This document shows, piece after piece, positions 26,457 through 36,561 of a DNA stretch of 64,000 bases; position 1 is the stretch's first letter; the number at the start of each line of letters is the position of its first letter. The position numbers and the translations under genes were made by a program. The stretch lies in sequence record NC_070956.1; one strand, written 5' to 3'. The notes under the pieces were generated by a model, which was not told the DNA's origin, ran no database searches, and was given only the letters and a program-made list of their open reading frames with translations.

Positions 26457-27190
26457 TGAACACTATGAAACCTGGCGTATTCACTGCCCAACGTGATGAC
26501 ATGATCAACTTCGTTCGCCGTGTACTGTCTGACCTGGGTCGGATGGGTCCTAACGATCGTGTTAGCAAGTACATGCCACTCCCAAACAACTTCGTCCTGC
26601 GTTGCGTTGTGGAACTGGAAGAAGATACGTCCGGTAACATCTGGTTGGATGCATTCGGTCCGACACAACACGTAGGGATGATAACTCCTGAAGGTGTTCG
26701 TGATATTGGTCTGAATGAGCAGAGTCTCAATGAGTTTGCAGATGCCGCTGTTGATGCGTTCATATGGCAGACCATCAAGGATCTGTTCAACGCCAGCCTC
26801 AGTCTGGAAACCGATGGTACTGAGCTCGGAAATCTCCAAATGGTTGAAGAAATCAACAGGCTCTATCCAGACCTGGGGATCGAATTTACCAATAACGGTT
26901 ACAACTACTATCTCCGTGACACCTTGGGTACTACGATCAAGGCCATCACCAAGATGGACAAAACACCCAAAACCGAAGTGTTGTTTGGGATTTACTGCCC
27001 AACCGACAATGATGATGCCATCAATACCCTGTCAGGTAACGATGACAACCAACCCAGTGCTCAAAGTGATGAGTACAACTCATGGTCCTTCGAAGTCCAG
27101 AACATGGCCATCGTTGATCTTGCTTGGATCTACATGAAAGGTTGGATGGATATCCCCGACCATATCGTACTGAAAGAAGAGGAAGTGTAA
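26456..27190 (+). CDS. hypothetical protein, paralog of 28988-29701
   Basis: TAATG overlap; shared motifs (see findings). Confidence 0.75.
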   Translation: MNTMKPGVFTAQRDDMINFVRRVLSDLGRMGPNDRVSKYMPLPNNFVLRCVVELEEDTSGNIWLDAFGPTQHVGMITPEGVRDIGLNEQSLNEFADAAVDAFIWQTIKDLFNASLSLETDGTELGNLQMVEEINRLYPDLGIEFTNNGYNYYLRDTLGTTIKAITKMDKTPKTEVLFGIYCPTDNDDAINTLSGNDDNQPSAQSDEYNSWSFEVQNMAIVDLAWIYMKGWMDIPDHIVLKEEEV

Positions 27191-27558
27191 TGCAAAAGAA
27201 AACATTTCTCTCTATCATCGGGCTGTTGTTGGTAATCTCCATGTTTTTCACCAACAAGTACGCTGGTGACCAGGAGATCAAAACAACACTGATAGGGTGT
27301 GAACAAACCGAAGACCCGTTGTCCGGTCAACCCGCTAACTTCTGTGAGTGGAAAGGTCACGGCTATTTCAACCGTGCTGAAGTCAGTGATATTGAATACC
27401 AGTACAACATCAAGCGTGTCGGTAGTCAAGATGTCGTTGTGATCGAAAACCCGAAAGCCTGGGTGTTCTATATCAACGTCATGATGGTAATTGTCATGGG
27501 GATCTATCTCATGGGTCGTCAGCAGGAGGAAGAAGATGTATCACATTACCCGGATTGA
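27190..27558 (+). CDS. two-TM membrane protein with a Cys-pair loop (start revised to MQKKTF)
   Basis: TAATG overlap; two hydrophobic helices. Confidence 0.7.
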   Translation: MQKKTFLSIIGLLLVISMFFTNKYAGDQEIKTTLIGCEQTEDPLSGQPANFCEWKGHGYFNRAEVSDIEYQYNIKRVGSQDVVVIENPKAWVFYINVMMVIVMGIYLMGRQQEEEDVSHYPD

Positions 27559-27922
27559 TGTTTGTGACCTCACTTACAAACTCATTAAACACCTGGCCTG
27601 TGATACATACATCATGGGTGACGGTCTTGTCATTGGTGAACTAACAGGAGTGATTTTGAACCCAGGAGCTGATCTGGGTTTCTATCCTCCCCAGGGTACC
27701 AAGATGGAACTCAAACTGACCGTGAAGGATGACAACCAGGATCCGGAGATCCGGGGATGGTCCGGTTGGTTTGCTTTCCAACGACAAGACGCTCCCGATC
27801 CTACAGCCCTGGTGGTGATCGCTGGTGTTATCGACAAACAGGATAACGAACTTATCCGAACTGTCCAACAACGTGATGATCACAACCAGTTCTTCTTTGC
27901 TAAGAAAAAGAACTTCCATTAA
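27536..27922 (+). CDS. hypothetical protein, paralog of 27933-28286
   Basis: SD GGAGGA; shared LTYKLIKHL/ITPKLAKEM, W..(F/L)AF and T.LV...G motifs. Confidence 0.65.
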   Translation: MYHITRIDVCDLTYKLIKHLACDTYIMGDGLVIGELTGVILNPGADLGFYPPQGTKMELKLTVKDDNQDPEIRGWSGWFAFQRQDAPDPTALVVIAGVIDKQDNELIRTVQQRDDHNQFFFAKKKNFH

Positions 27923-27932
27923 GGAGAGGTAA

Positions 27933-28286
27933 GTGTCTGTGAGTGTTAACCTCCGATCAGATGCTATTACTCCCAAGTTGGCTAAGGAAATGAACGGATC
28001 TATCTTTATTCGTTCTAACACGTTCTCTGTCCGGCAACGGGCAGGGAACATTACCCTCGGCCTCCATGGGATAAGTTATCTGAAATTACCCAAAATGAAT
28101 ACCAACGCCAAGTTCAGTTACCTGGAAGAACCCAGTGATGATGGCGAAGGTGTTTATTGGACTTGTTCCCTGGCGTTCTACGCAAAACCCTCCCATAAAC
28201 AACTGACCACCCTGGTCATTAAGACAGGTTTCTATCATGTCGTTAAACGTGACGGTATCGTGGAGCCGGGTGCCGGTTACAGTTAA
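27933..28286 (+). CDS. hypothetical protein, paralog of 27536-27922
   Basis: SD AAGGAGAGG, GTG start. Confidence 0.65.
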   Translation: MSVSVNLRSDAITPKLAKEMNGSIFIRSNTFSVRQRAGNITLGLHGISYLKLPKMNTNAKFSYLEEPSDDGEGVYWTCSLAFYAKPSHKQLTTLVIKTGFYHVVKRDGIVEPGAGYS

Positions 28287-28290
28287 ACTG

Positions 28291-28617
28291 ATGCCCAAAG
28301 AGTTCGAACCCAAAATGTTTTATCTTCCACATGTTCAAGGGTTAAGAACTCACCACTGGCTATATCCCAACAAACCCAGAGAGTTGCGTTATGTTAATCA
28401 TAAAGGTGATCAGTACATCGGTCGCTTTAACTTCAAGTGGTTCAATGGAGCATTGCGGTTAACACCGGTTAAAGGTGAAACCCCAAAGATGATTGAACGT
28501 AACCGCCAAACTCCCATGACCTGGAAACCAGTTCAAGATGGCTGGCCTGACTACTATCTGTTCGGACTCGTCATGGTTGAACGGTTCTATATACTCAGGT
28601 TCAAAGACACACTTTAG
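28291..28617 (+). CDS. basic hypothetical protein, paralog of 28626-28991
   Basis: Shared R(Y/F).N....IG(R/H)FN motif. Confidence 0.6.
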   Translation: MPKEFEPKMFYLPHVQGLRTHHWLYPNKPRELRYVNHKGDQYIGRFNFKWFNGALRLTPVKGETPKMIERNRQTPMTWKPVQDGWPDYYLFGLVMVERFYILRFKDTL

Positions 28618-28625
28618 GAGGTGTC

Positions 28626-28991
28626 ATGCTCTTTAAGTTACAAAAGAAAGGACTGGAGGTTTACCGATTCGTTCAGCACGACATCGACCTCGTTGTGAAC
28701 AAAGGTCCTTTCAAGGGTACCAAGCATGTTATCATGCGATTTGAGAATGAAGCTCGGCAACTCAAGATCGGACACTTCAACGTGATCTATGATCGGGAGT
28801 TCCTGACCTTTATTCCGGTATGGAACGAACCTGTTCTTGATTACATTCGAAATAAGAAGAAATACCGTCAGAACAACCCACTGAAAATGGGATTCCCCAT
28901 TATCCCCAAATACAAGTACTATTTCTGGAAACTCATCAGTTTCGAAGTAGGGTACGTCCATCTCAAAGTCATGTTAAGGAATTCCAAATGA
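28626..28991 (+). CDS. basic hypothetical protein, paralog of 28291-28617
   Basis: SD AGGAGG. Confidence 0.7.
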   Translation: MLFKLQKKGLEVYRFVQHDIDLVVNKGPFKGTKHVIMRFENEARQLKIGHFNVIYDREFLTFIPVWNEPVLDYIRNKKKYRQNNPLKMGFPIIPKYKYYFWKLISFEVGYVHLKVMLRNSK

Positions 28992-29701
28992 AAAAGGTAT
29001 CTGTACAACAAGTACTTGCAGCACGCGACGAGTTGATCGATTTTGCTTTTCAAGCTATCCTCAATGTTCGGGCTGCTCACCATCATTTCGAAACTGACCT
29101 CAAGGTAAAAGAAATCTATGGCTTTTGGGCTAAACTGCTCATTGCCAAGAAAGATGGTAACTATCGACTGCGTATGCACGCTCTTGGTTATTCTATCATC
29201 TTCTATGAAATACATGAGAGTGTGCTCGGACTACCGTATACCGCTGAAGGTGTACGAGAAGAGGCAACTGCAACTGTTGATGCTTGGTTGTCCAAGATTA
29301 TCTTGGTTTCTCTCCGGAAACAACCTGAACTCCAAGTCGAGAACAGCGAAGAGAGTATCAGGAACGTCGCCGATGTCATCAAAGACATCTATCCCCACAC
29401 ACTGATCACGGTCACCCATAACGGGTTTAACTATCACTCCATGACACCCACCGGTGAGTTGTTGAGTTCAGTAGCTCACACTCAAGGTCCTCAACGTAAA
29501 GGTCCAGGTGGGCGATTGGCCGCTGCTCGATTGGAAACTTGTACACTTCATGCGACAGCTGAAATGCATGATGATCCACTGCTCGACAGCTACTCGGGTA
29601 TCGGGCGTAATCTGGAAAACCTGATCTGTACCGACCTCACTGATTTGATCATGTTGGGTCATGTCAACTACGATCTTGTCTTCGAATTCGAAGATCATTA
29701 A
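28988..29701 (+). CDS. hypothetical protein, paralog of 26456-27190
   Basis: ATGA-type overlap; SD AAGGA. Confidence 0.75.
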   Translation: MKKVSVQQVLAARDELIDFAFQAILNVRAAHHHFETDLKVKEIYGFWAKLLIAKKDGNYRLRMHALGYSIIFYEIHESVLGLPYTAEGVREEATATVDAWLSKIILVSLRKQPELQVENSEESIRNVADVIKDIYPHTLITVTHNGFNYHSMTPTGELLSSVAHTQGPQRKGPGGRLAAARLETCTLHATAEMHDDPLLDSYSGIGRNLENLICTDLTDLIMLGHVNYDLVFEFEDH

Positions 29702-29760
29702 TCGTAACTACTTTCACTATTAGTTGCAGTAATCCCATTAATCAACATTTAGGTATACCA

Positions 29761-30156
29761 ATGTCCGAACAACTCCCAGCGTCCAAAACCTACACATTGG
29801 AGCAGGTTCAAAAAGTATTGCGGGAAATCGTAGACCAAGTTCGCAAGAACAAGATCGAACGTGTCACCCGTGTCGCTCTGAACTTCCGTGGTACTTCTCC
29901 CGAGGTATCCATCCATGCAGGGTACAAACTCCTGGGTCGTCATCAACCGCATGTTTGGTCCGATCGACCTTACTCCGAAAAGAGTAACAAGATACTGGCG
30001 ACTTTCAAACTGCGTGTCAACGGTTGTCCGATTCATCAGTTCAACGTCACCACTGGTGTCATTCTCCCGGAATTCCATGGAGAGGATCATCTCAACGAAC
30101 TGTCGGATCGGCTCCAACAAGTAGTTGGGGAACATTTGTTCTCCAAACGCAACTAA
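29761..30156 (+). CDS. hypothetical protein (131 aa)
   Basis: ORF followed by the terminator AAGTAGGGCTCC/GGAGCCCTACTT. Confidence 0.7.
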   Translation: MSEQLPASKTYTLEQVQKVLREIVDQVRKNKIERVTRVALNFRGTSPEVSIHAGYKLLGRHQPHVWSDRPYSEKSNKILATFKLRVNGCPIHQFNVTTGVILPEFHGEDHLNELSDRLQQVVGEHLFSKRN

Positions 30157-30205
30157 CATAAGTAGGGCTCCTTGCGGGGAGCCCTACTTAGTGTATGAGG
30201 TTTAC

Positions 30206-30673
30206 ATGAGCGATATCCGTTGGTACCAAGAAAATGATCGAATGGTCATTGTTGACAATGAAACCCAAGGAACCCTTCACATTCGTTTCAACCCGATGAA
30301 TCGTAAAACCGGTTCTGATTTGATGTGGGGTCATGTTAATGACATTTCAGCTTCTATAGAGAGTGGTGATCTTCAGTTGAGCCTGAAGGGACATTCCATG
30401 ATCGATGTCAGAAGCGATATTGAACTCAGAGGTAGTGTAACTCTGAAAACAGCTTTCCTCCACGACCCTGTGATTGAAAATAGTCACATTGATTTCGTTA
30501 GTATTACCGCGAAGACAGTTTTCAAAGATGCACATGTCCACGCGGTAGGAATACAGCGGTTCGGGTTGGTGAAGTTCATCAACAGTAAATATGATGGATT
30601 TATGAACGGCGCGCTTCCGAAAGCACGGGAGCTCCAAATAGTCGATAACCAAGTCAAGGTGATAGTACAATGA
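30206..30673 (+). CDS. hypothetical beta-rich protein (start revised to MSDIRW)
   Basis: SD GAGG. Confidence 0.7.
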   Translation: MSDIRWYQENDRMVIVDNETQGTLHIRFNPMNRKTGSDLMWGHVNDISASIESGDLQLSLKGHSMIDVRSDIELRGSVTLKTAFLHDPVIENSHIDFVSITAKTVFKDAHVHAVGIQRFGLVKFINSKYDGFMNGALPKARELQIVDNQVKVIVQ

Positions 30674-31053
30674 GTGAAGTTAAGAAAGTTAAGAAAGCTC
30701 ACCCCATGGATTCCTTTATCCAGGACATGATCAACTTCATGAATCCTGAAGGTCCCACCAAGGATGGTGATAAACTCTTCCTTAAAACAAAGGAAGGAAC
30801 ATCTGATCTGACGGAGATCCTCTTGGAACGAAATGATGGTGTCATCACCGGTTATCTCGTCCACGAAGATAAGATCATCAAGATTAACGTAGGGTTCTCG
30901 CAAACCTGGAAACCCACACTGGAAATCCGGTTTGGGGAAATGTTTGTAACGTCCATGGCCGTTGATAACAAGAAAGGCTTGGATATGTATCTCAAACGTC
31001 TCTATGACAAGAAACCACCAAAGAGCAAGAAGAACGACTGCACTGAAGATTAA
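30670..31053 (+). CDS. hypothetical protein (127 aa)
   Basis: Start overlaps the upstream stop. Confidence 0.7.
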   Translation: MSEVKKVKKAHPMDSFIQDMINFMNPEGPTKDGDKLFLKTKEGTSDLTEILLERNDGVITGYLVHEDKIIKINVGFSQTWKPTLEIRFGEMFVTSMAVDNKKGLDMYLKRLYDKKPPKSKKNDCTED

Positions 31054-31070
31054 GTCCATAATAACTTGGA

Positions 31071-31090
31071 CATATATAATCATAGTGTAA
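31071..31090 (+). promoter_or_regulatory. putative early promoter
   Basis: CATATATAATCATAGTGTAA, a motif variant. Confidence 0.45.
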
Positions 31091-31118
31091 TCCACCACGA
31101 TTAATTTAGGAGTTCAAT

Positions 31119-31418
31119 ATGATCATCAAACGTAAACACCTCGGTATGAAACGCAAGTTCAAACTGGTTGGGTTGGATGACACCACTCAACGTGGTGATA
31201 TCTTCTACCGTATCAATGAGATCAATAACACCCACGTCACCAAACTGGACCTCAATGATCTCACCCACGAAGAACATGAACGCCTCATGGAACTTCGTCA
31301 AGAAGCGATTGAACAGATCGCTGAAGGTCCGAACTGGTTCAACGCCTACATGGTAGAACATGGTGGTGATAAAACCAGTGCCAATGTAAACCGCGTCTAC
31401 TTCCGTATCACTTTCTAA
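31119..31418 (+). CDS. hypothetical protein (99 aa)
   Basis: SD AGGAG; optimised codons. Confidence 0.75.
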   Translation: MIIKRKHLGMKRKFKLVGLDDTTQRGDIFYRINEINNTHVTKLDLNDLTHEEHERLMELRQEAIEQIAEGPNWFNAYMVEHGGDKTSANVNRVYFRITF

Positions 31419-31430
31419 AAGGTAAACAAC

Positions 31431-33833
31431 ATGAACCAACAAGTACGTGACATCCTGATCCAAATGGTAGCCAACAAATATCACGCAACAATGAAAGAGT
31501 ATCGCTTCTTCCAGATGGGCGATATGACCAATACCCTGGCTGCCATGATCGACGGACTCCAGTTCCCTCAGACAGCCTACCTGAAAGAACTGAAAGACAT
31601 TCCTGGTAAGATCAACCGCGAACTGTCCAAGGTCAACGCGGTTCATCCTCAGTACGTTCCTGATTACTCCAGGATCTACGACCTCCTCTGCGAGCTGGTA
31701 AACGCCGAAGACTGGGACGGGGTGGGACGAATCCATCGTGGGTTCGTTGGGCACAAAGACAAGATCACTGTTCTCCACCACATCTACGAGAACAGCAACA
31801 TCTATACCGATCCCCAACACTTCGCCCCGATCAACATCTGCGCCTCCTTTAACAAGGGCGAACAGAAAAAGATCCTCATCCAAACCGGCATGGACGAAAG
31901 TGGTGTTGAATCGGTAGCCACGATGCATCCGACCAGTGCAGCCCGTCTGATCAAAAAGCACTTCGAACTCTGGTGGGTTAACAAAGAGAAGGCGGCCCAG
32001 GAAGCATCCAAAAAGAAGGAAGAAGAAATGCACTATCCGCCATTTGACACCAAAACTGTCGGTGACTACACCATCGCAAATGGTATCGATCCGGTGATCA
32101 CCCAGATGTCCCTCCAGGAACTGGAAACCCATCTGAACAACATCAACGAAGCTGGTTTCACCAGGGCGCAAATCGACACCCTGGTGAAGAACATCAACAT
32201 GCCGATATCCGGTTCCGTAGATGAGCGTTTTGTTGACTGGCTCGATGACGATTACGAAGCGATTCGTTCCATGATCGCTATGTTCGCATGCAAGAACGTT
32301 TGGATAGCTCCGGAGGTAGCCTACGTGAAGTCTGGCGTCCACCGTCAAGCCGCTCGTTCACTCTTCATCGAGAAAGCAATGAACGAACTGATCCGTCGTT
32401 CGGTAATCACTGGAAGTTCCAGGGATATCACTCTGGATAAACTGGAGTCATTCATCGAAAACCATCCGGTGGAACGCTGCTATGACAACGCAGTATACCC
32501 CACCAAAACCGGTACTGTGACCATCTTCAATGATGCAGGTTGGGACCTCGATACACTTTCCCTGGTGGTTTCCGAGATCAACCTTTCTCCCGGCATGGAT
32601 ATGAATCCTGCCTTCGGTGAAATGCTGGCCCCCAATAAAGCCGCCATGATCGCTGCGATCAGTTTGTTCGCTGATTTCAAGTATTGGAGTCACGTGACTA
32701 CCGACAGTGTGGTCGAAGGTACCGAAGAAATCTATCAGTTCCTCCTCAAGCGCCATTCCGGTGTGACCGAAGAGGAACCCCAACAGAACAAGGAAGAAAC
32801 CATGAAACAAACTACATCCATTTCCGAGCTGGTCTCCAAAGTCATCCTGGGATTCACTGATCTCGTGATGATCGCCGATACCGAAAAGGTGATCGAAGAG
32901 ATCAATCGTCAAGCGACTCCGACCCTGGCCGGTGTCATGAAGAATATTCTTCAGAGCGTCAAACCGACAACACCCCCGCAACCTCGTGGCCAAACCGAAT
33001 CCTTCCAGCACCTGGACTGCCCTGGGTACACTCCTCGTTCCACTATCCGTGGCGAGTATGCCGAGGTGATCAAGTTCATCAACATGGGAGACGTTGATTC
33101 GGCAGAAACTGCGATCAAGGGCATCGTCAACAAGTACAGTGTGATGGAGCTTCACGGGATGCTGATCGGGAACACACCCCGTTCACTCAATCCCAATGAA
33201 ATGGCCAACGAGATTATCGAAGTGATACGCGCAGCAGCGATGAAACGTAAAGTCGATCTCGCTGAAATCGCGCGTCAGTCACCGGTGACTCGACTCATCG
33301 AGAAAAATCTCTTCGCCAAAGCCGCCCAAAGTTCCCTGGAAGAAACCTACGCAATGCTTGACAGTTATGTCAAACAAGTCAGCATCATCCAGGTATACGT
33401 CGCACTCTTTGGTACTACCAACGTGGCTGGGAAGTCTTTCAGTCAAATGGATGCCGAAATCCGCAATAGCCTGACAACGACCAACGAGTCCAGTAACGAA
33501 ACCGGTCTGAGTAACTTCGTTGAAAGAGTCCGTGGTGCAGTTCAGGCCATGGACCTCGATAAAGCAATGAGTTTACTCGATGAAGGGTTCTCCATGTTTG
33601 GTACGGTGTTGGTATCTACAGCACTCCTGGGTGATAAAAGTGCTATCGGTAACCGGACTAGTCGCGAACTGGTCTTCATGTGCCGTGACGCTATTACCAC
33701 CTGGATCAACACCAACAAGTCAGTGGCCCGCCACGGTACTTTCTCCAACCCTGAATCTCGGGTATCGGAGGAGGATCAGTGGATCAAAGATCTGAGCAAG
33801 TTGGGTTTCAAGTGCGTTATCCTTCACAAGTAA
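31431..33833 (+). CDS. large helical hypothetical protein (800 aa) with degenerate C-terminal repeats
   Basis: Long ORF with optimised codons; UUCG terminator at 33841-33868. Confidence 0.8.
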   Translation: MNQQVRDILIQMVANKYHATMKEYRFFQMGDMTNTLAAMIDGLQFPQTAYLKELKDIPGKINRELSKVNAVHPQYVPDYSRIYDLLCELVNAEDWDGVGRIHRGFVGHKDKITVLHHIYENSNIYTDPQHFAPINICASFNKGEQKKILIQTGMDESGVESVATMHPTSAARLIKKHFELWWVNKEKAAQEASKKKEEEMHYPPFDTKTVGDYTIANGIDPVITQMSLQELETHLNNINEAGFTRAQIDTLVKNINMPISGSVDERFVDWLDDDYEAIRSMIAMFACKNVWIAPEVAYVKSGVHRQAARSLFIEKAMNELIRRSVITGSSRDITLDKLESFIENHPVERCYDNAVYPTKTGTVTIFNDAGWDLDTLSLVVSEINLSPGMDMNPAFGEMLAPNKAAMIAAISLFADFKYWSHVTTDSVVEGTEEIYQFLLKRHSGVTEEEPQQNKEETMKQTTSISELVSKVILGFTDLVMIADTEKVIEEINRQATPTLAGVMKNILQSVKPTTPPQPRGQTESFQHLDCPGYTPRSTIRGEYAEVIKFINMGDVDSAETAIKGIVNKYSVMELHGMLIGNTPRSLNPNEMANEIIEVIRAAAMKRKVDLAEIARQSPVTRLIEKNLFAKAAQSSLEETYAMLDSYVKQVSIIQVYVALFGTTNVAGKSFSQMDAEIRNSLTTTNESSNETGLSNFVERVRGAVQAMDLDKAMSLLDEGFSMFGTVLVSTALLGDKSAIGNRTSRELVFMCRDAITTWINTNKSVARHGTFSNPESRVSEEDQWIKDLSKLGFKCVILHK

Positions 33834-33910
33834 GATGATTGAAAGGGAACCCTTCGGGGTTCCCTCTCTTCTTTATACATTTTATTTTTGTGTCCTTATA
33901 CTTTTTGAAA

Positions 33911-33930
33911 CAGATATTATCACTGTGTAA
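33911..33930 (+). promoter_or_regulatory. putative early promoter
   Basis: TTTTTGAAA-CAGATATTATCACTGTGTAA. Confidence 0.55.
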
Positions 33931-33948
33931 AGAAGGGAGAAAATTCTA

Positions 33949-34401
33949 ATGGCAAACAAAAGCACAGAAAAGATTTATTTCGATTACCTGAATAAACTCC
34001 TCCTGGGCACTCTCGGAGGGTTCATGCACTCGATAGCCGATACCAAGGCGATCCCGCAACCGAATCAATTCGAGGGAAAGAAGAGTGCTGGTGGTTCAGT
34101 TATGGTTGCGTGGATGGACACGATACCTCTGATAGACCACTACTCTAAAATGTTAAACGAGCAAATCTTTGCATCAGCAATGATTGGTTATCGAGATAAA
34201 GACAATCCCATTATGGTAGATGTGTTCACAGTTTGCATGACCATCGAGAGTATTTATCTTATCGATGGCGATGTGAAATATCTATTGGTAAAGGACTCTC
34301 AATCTGTCATGGATAACAACGAAATCCAAAATGTAATCAAGGATATCGTTGCGAAGAAATACATGGCCGGGTTAATAACAATACCTAGGGCTAAGTCATG
34401 A
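33949..34401 (+). CDS. hypothetical protein (150 aa)
   Basis: SD GGGAG. Confidence 0.7.
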   Translation: MANKSTEKIYFDYLNKLLLGTLGGFMHSIADTKAIPQPNQFEGKKSAGGSVMVAWMDTIPLIDHYSKMLNEQIFASAMIGYRDKDNPIMVDVFTVCMTIESIYLIDGDVKYLLVKDSQSVMDNNEIQNVIKDIVAKKYMAGLITIPRAKS

Positions 34402-34793
34402 AAACCGAACTGATAAAAGAGATCTTTCTCGATGCGTATCTAGGGAAAGAGAACAAAGAGCGGGATTACAAGTATTGGGTCAAACCACTTAATCCCGACG
34501 ATGGTATTAAGTTCTTCTGTGTATTCAGGATCAGACTGAAAGGCAAAGCAGCCATACTGGTGAGAATCCAGGTTGACCTGGAAGCCGAGTTAGCCAACAC
34601 AGAAACATCTCTCATCTATATTGATCAGGGATTTAAACCTAACACCAGGTTCCGTACAGATTTCACCAAAACGTTCTATAAGAAACGTGAACGACTTACT
34701 GGTCTCGGTATTGATGAGATCATTAAACGAGTCGCTCCGGGTCTTGCAGAGAAACTACATAAAGCAGAGGAATTAGCCAATGTCGACCAATAA
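34398..34793 (+). CDS. hypothetical protein (131 aa)
   Basis: ATGA overlap. Confidence 0.7.
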   Translation: MKTELIKEIFLDAYLGKENKERDYKYWVKPLNPDDGIKFFCVFRIRLKGKAAILVRIQVDLEAELANTETSLIYIDQGFKPNTRFRTDFTKTFYKKRERLTGLGIDEIIKRVAPGLAEKLHKAEELANVDQ

Positions 34794-35169
34794 CGTAATC
34801 GCTACTGATATCTATAACCGGATGGAGACATTCTTCGAACGTCTTGAAGGTAAGGACTTCCCGTCCATCTACCAAGACAGCGACAGCATGATGTATTCCT
34901 TCCAAGTCGAATCCATGGGTAACTTGTTCCAGACGTCGGTTCAAGCAACCCAGGTAGAAGGTCAGGGTATACTGGTTTCACTCAGTTACTCTTTCATGGT
35001 AGAACCCAAGAAGATAGGGGACATCATCGTAATGGGCGTACCCATCCGCGGTGTGTATACCGTGAACGATGTTATTGCGGAAGTTAAGGACGAACAAGAC
35101 CTGTTCTCCAAAACCTACGTACTGGCATTGGACCATGTTAAAGAGGCGGTCCACACCATCCTCGAATAA
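34780..35169 (+). CDS. hypothetical protein (129 aa)
   Basis: SD GAGGA. Confidence 0.7.
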   Translation: MSTNNVIATDIYNRMETFFERLEGKDFPSIYQDSDSMMYSFQVESMGNLFQTSVQATQVEGQGILVSLSYSFMVEPKKIGDIIVMGVPIRGVYTVNDVIAEVKDEQDLFSKTYVLALDHVKEAVHTILE

Positions 35170-35282
35170 ACCACCCAGAATCGTTTCTAAGCGATTTCTT
35201 TATTAAAGACGTACAGTTCAATACTTTAGCCTGAAGAAGTCGTTATAGATCGATTCAGGAATTATTAACCAAGGAGAAATCA

Positions 35283-36239
35283 ATGACCAACGCTGTTTTC
35301 AACATCTACCTGTGTGGTGGTGTCGGTATCAAAGTAGGTAACCTGTTCAGCGCGGTAAGCCGCCAATCCCGCCACGTCGATCAGATCGTTGCCCTGGATT
35401 CGTCCAACGCCAACAAAGCAGTTGATGACTGCTTCCCGATCGAACGTCTGGAAGGTGCCGAAGGTTCTGGCTCCGACAAACGTGCCAACATGCACCTGTA
35501 CAAACCTTTCGTCAAGCAAGTGTTGTCCAAGTACCCGCCCAACAAGTTGAACATCGTCGTGTTCACTGGTTCCGGCGGTACTGGTTCCGGTATCGGTCCG
35601 CACGTCATGCGTGAATTCCTGGAAGCGGGGATTCCGGCGCTGGCAATGGTGATTGGTGATGACAGTTCCATGAAAGAACTGGACAACACTGTTTCCACTC
35701 TGCGTTCCCTGGCGGCGCAGACCAAGCTGGGTGTTCCGGTCTGTTTCACCTACCACCTGAACCGCCCTGAACTCACCCACTCCGCCGTGAACCATCAAGT
35801 GGTCCAGAGCATCGACTCTGCCCTGCTGGCACTGAACCTGGATAACGTCAGTATCGACTACGCTGACATCTCCAACCTGTTCTTCTTCAGCCGGGTGGTC
35901 AATGCAGATCCCATCCTGACCCAGATGACCTTCCTGACGGATACCGACCTGGACAAGTACGATCGGCAACCGATCGCTGCTATTTCTGTCTTCGCCAAAG
36001 AAGACGACATGCGTGCCCCGTTCCCTGGTCTGATGTATCGTAAAGCAGGTACCTTCAGCGAAGCCAATTCCGGTTTCGAGGAATCCTGTCACGTGGTGCT
36101 GGATCACGGTAGCACTCTGGCCGAGCTGGAAACCATGATGGAATCCCACAAGAAACGCACCGATGGTATCGGCTCTCGTTTCAAAGTTCAGAAGTCCGCC
36201 ATTATGGACGGTGCTGACGACGACGGGATGTTCTGTTAA
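35283..36239 (+). CDS. phuZ: phage tubulin PhuZ
   Basis: LCGGVG, GAEGSG and the GGTGSG tubulin signature; acidic C-terminal tail ADDDGMFC; 318 aa. Confidence 0.93.
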   Translation: MTNAVFNIYLCGGVGIKVGNLFSAVSRQSRHVDQIVALDSSNANKAVDDCFPIERLEGAEGSGSDKRANMHLYKPFVKQVLSKYPPNKLNIVVFTGSGGTGSGIGPHVMREFLEAGIPALAMVIGDDSSMKELDNTVSTLRSLAAQTKLGVPVCFTYHLNRPELTHSAVNHQVVQSIDSALLALNLDNVSIDYADISNLFFFSRVVNADPILTQMTFLTDTDLDKYDRQPIAAISVFAKEDDMRAPFPGLMYRKAGTFSEANSGFEESCHVVLDHGSTLAELETMMESHKKRTDGIGSRFKVQKSAIMDGADDDGMFC

Positions 36240-36275
36240 TAGGAGAGGGGAGAAGAAATTCTCCCCTTCTTTTAT

Positions 36276-36551
36276 ATGAGAATAATTTTTAATCTTTCCA
36301 GGTATACCGAAGAACTACGGACCACAAACCGTTCACCTGAAGGGTTTGCATTTGGAGCTTTACAACAAGCTATACGTGATATGGGGATACCTCTTCCACC
36401 AGCTTCGTTTGTCATCGCTTCCGATGATCAGTATCTCTTTTATAACGAGATTTGTGGTATTGTTGAACGTGAACTAATTAGTCTGCCGACACCACGACAC
36501 GCTAATCTGGTCATGATCTCTCCAATGTTCTTTCAACTGGAATTACTATAA
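36276..36551 (+). CDS. hypothetical protein (91 aa)
   Basis: ORF after the phuZ terminator. Confidence 0.55.
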   Translation: MRIIFNLSRYTEELRTTNRSPEGFAFGALQQAIRDMGIPLPPASFVIASDDQYLFYNEICGIVERELISLPTPRHANLVMISPMFFQLELL

Positions 36552-36561
36552 AGGAAACGCA

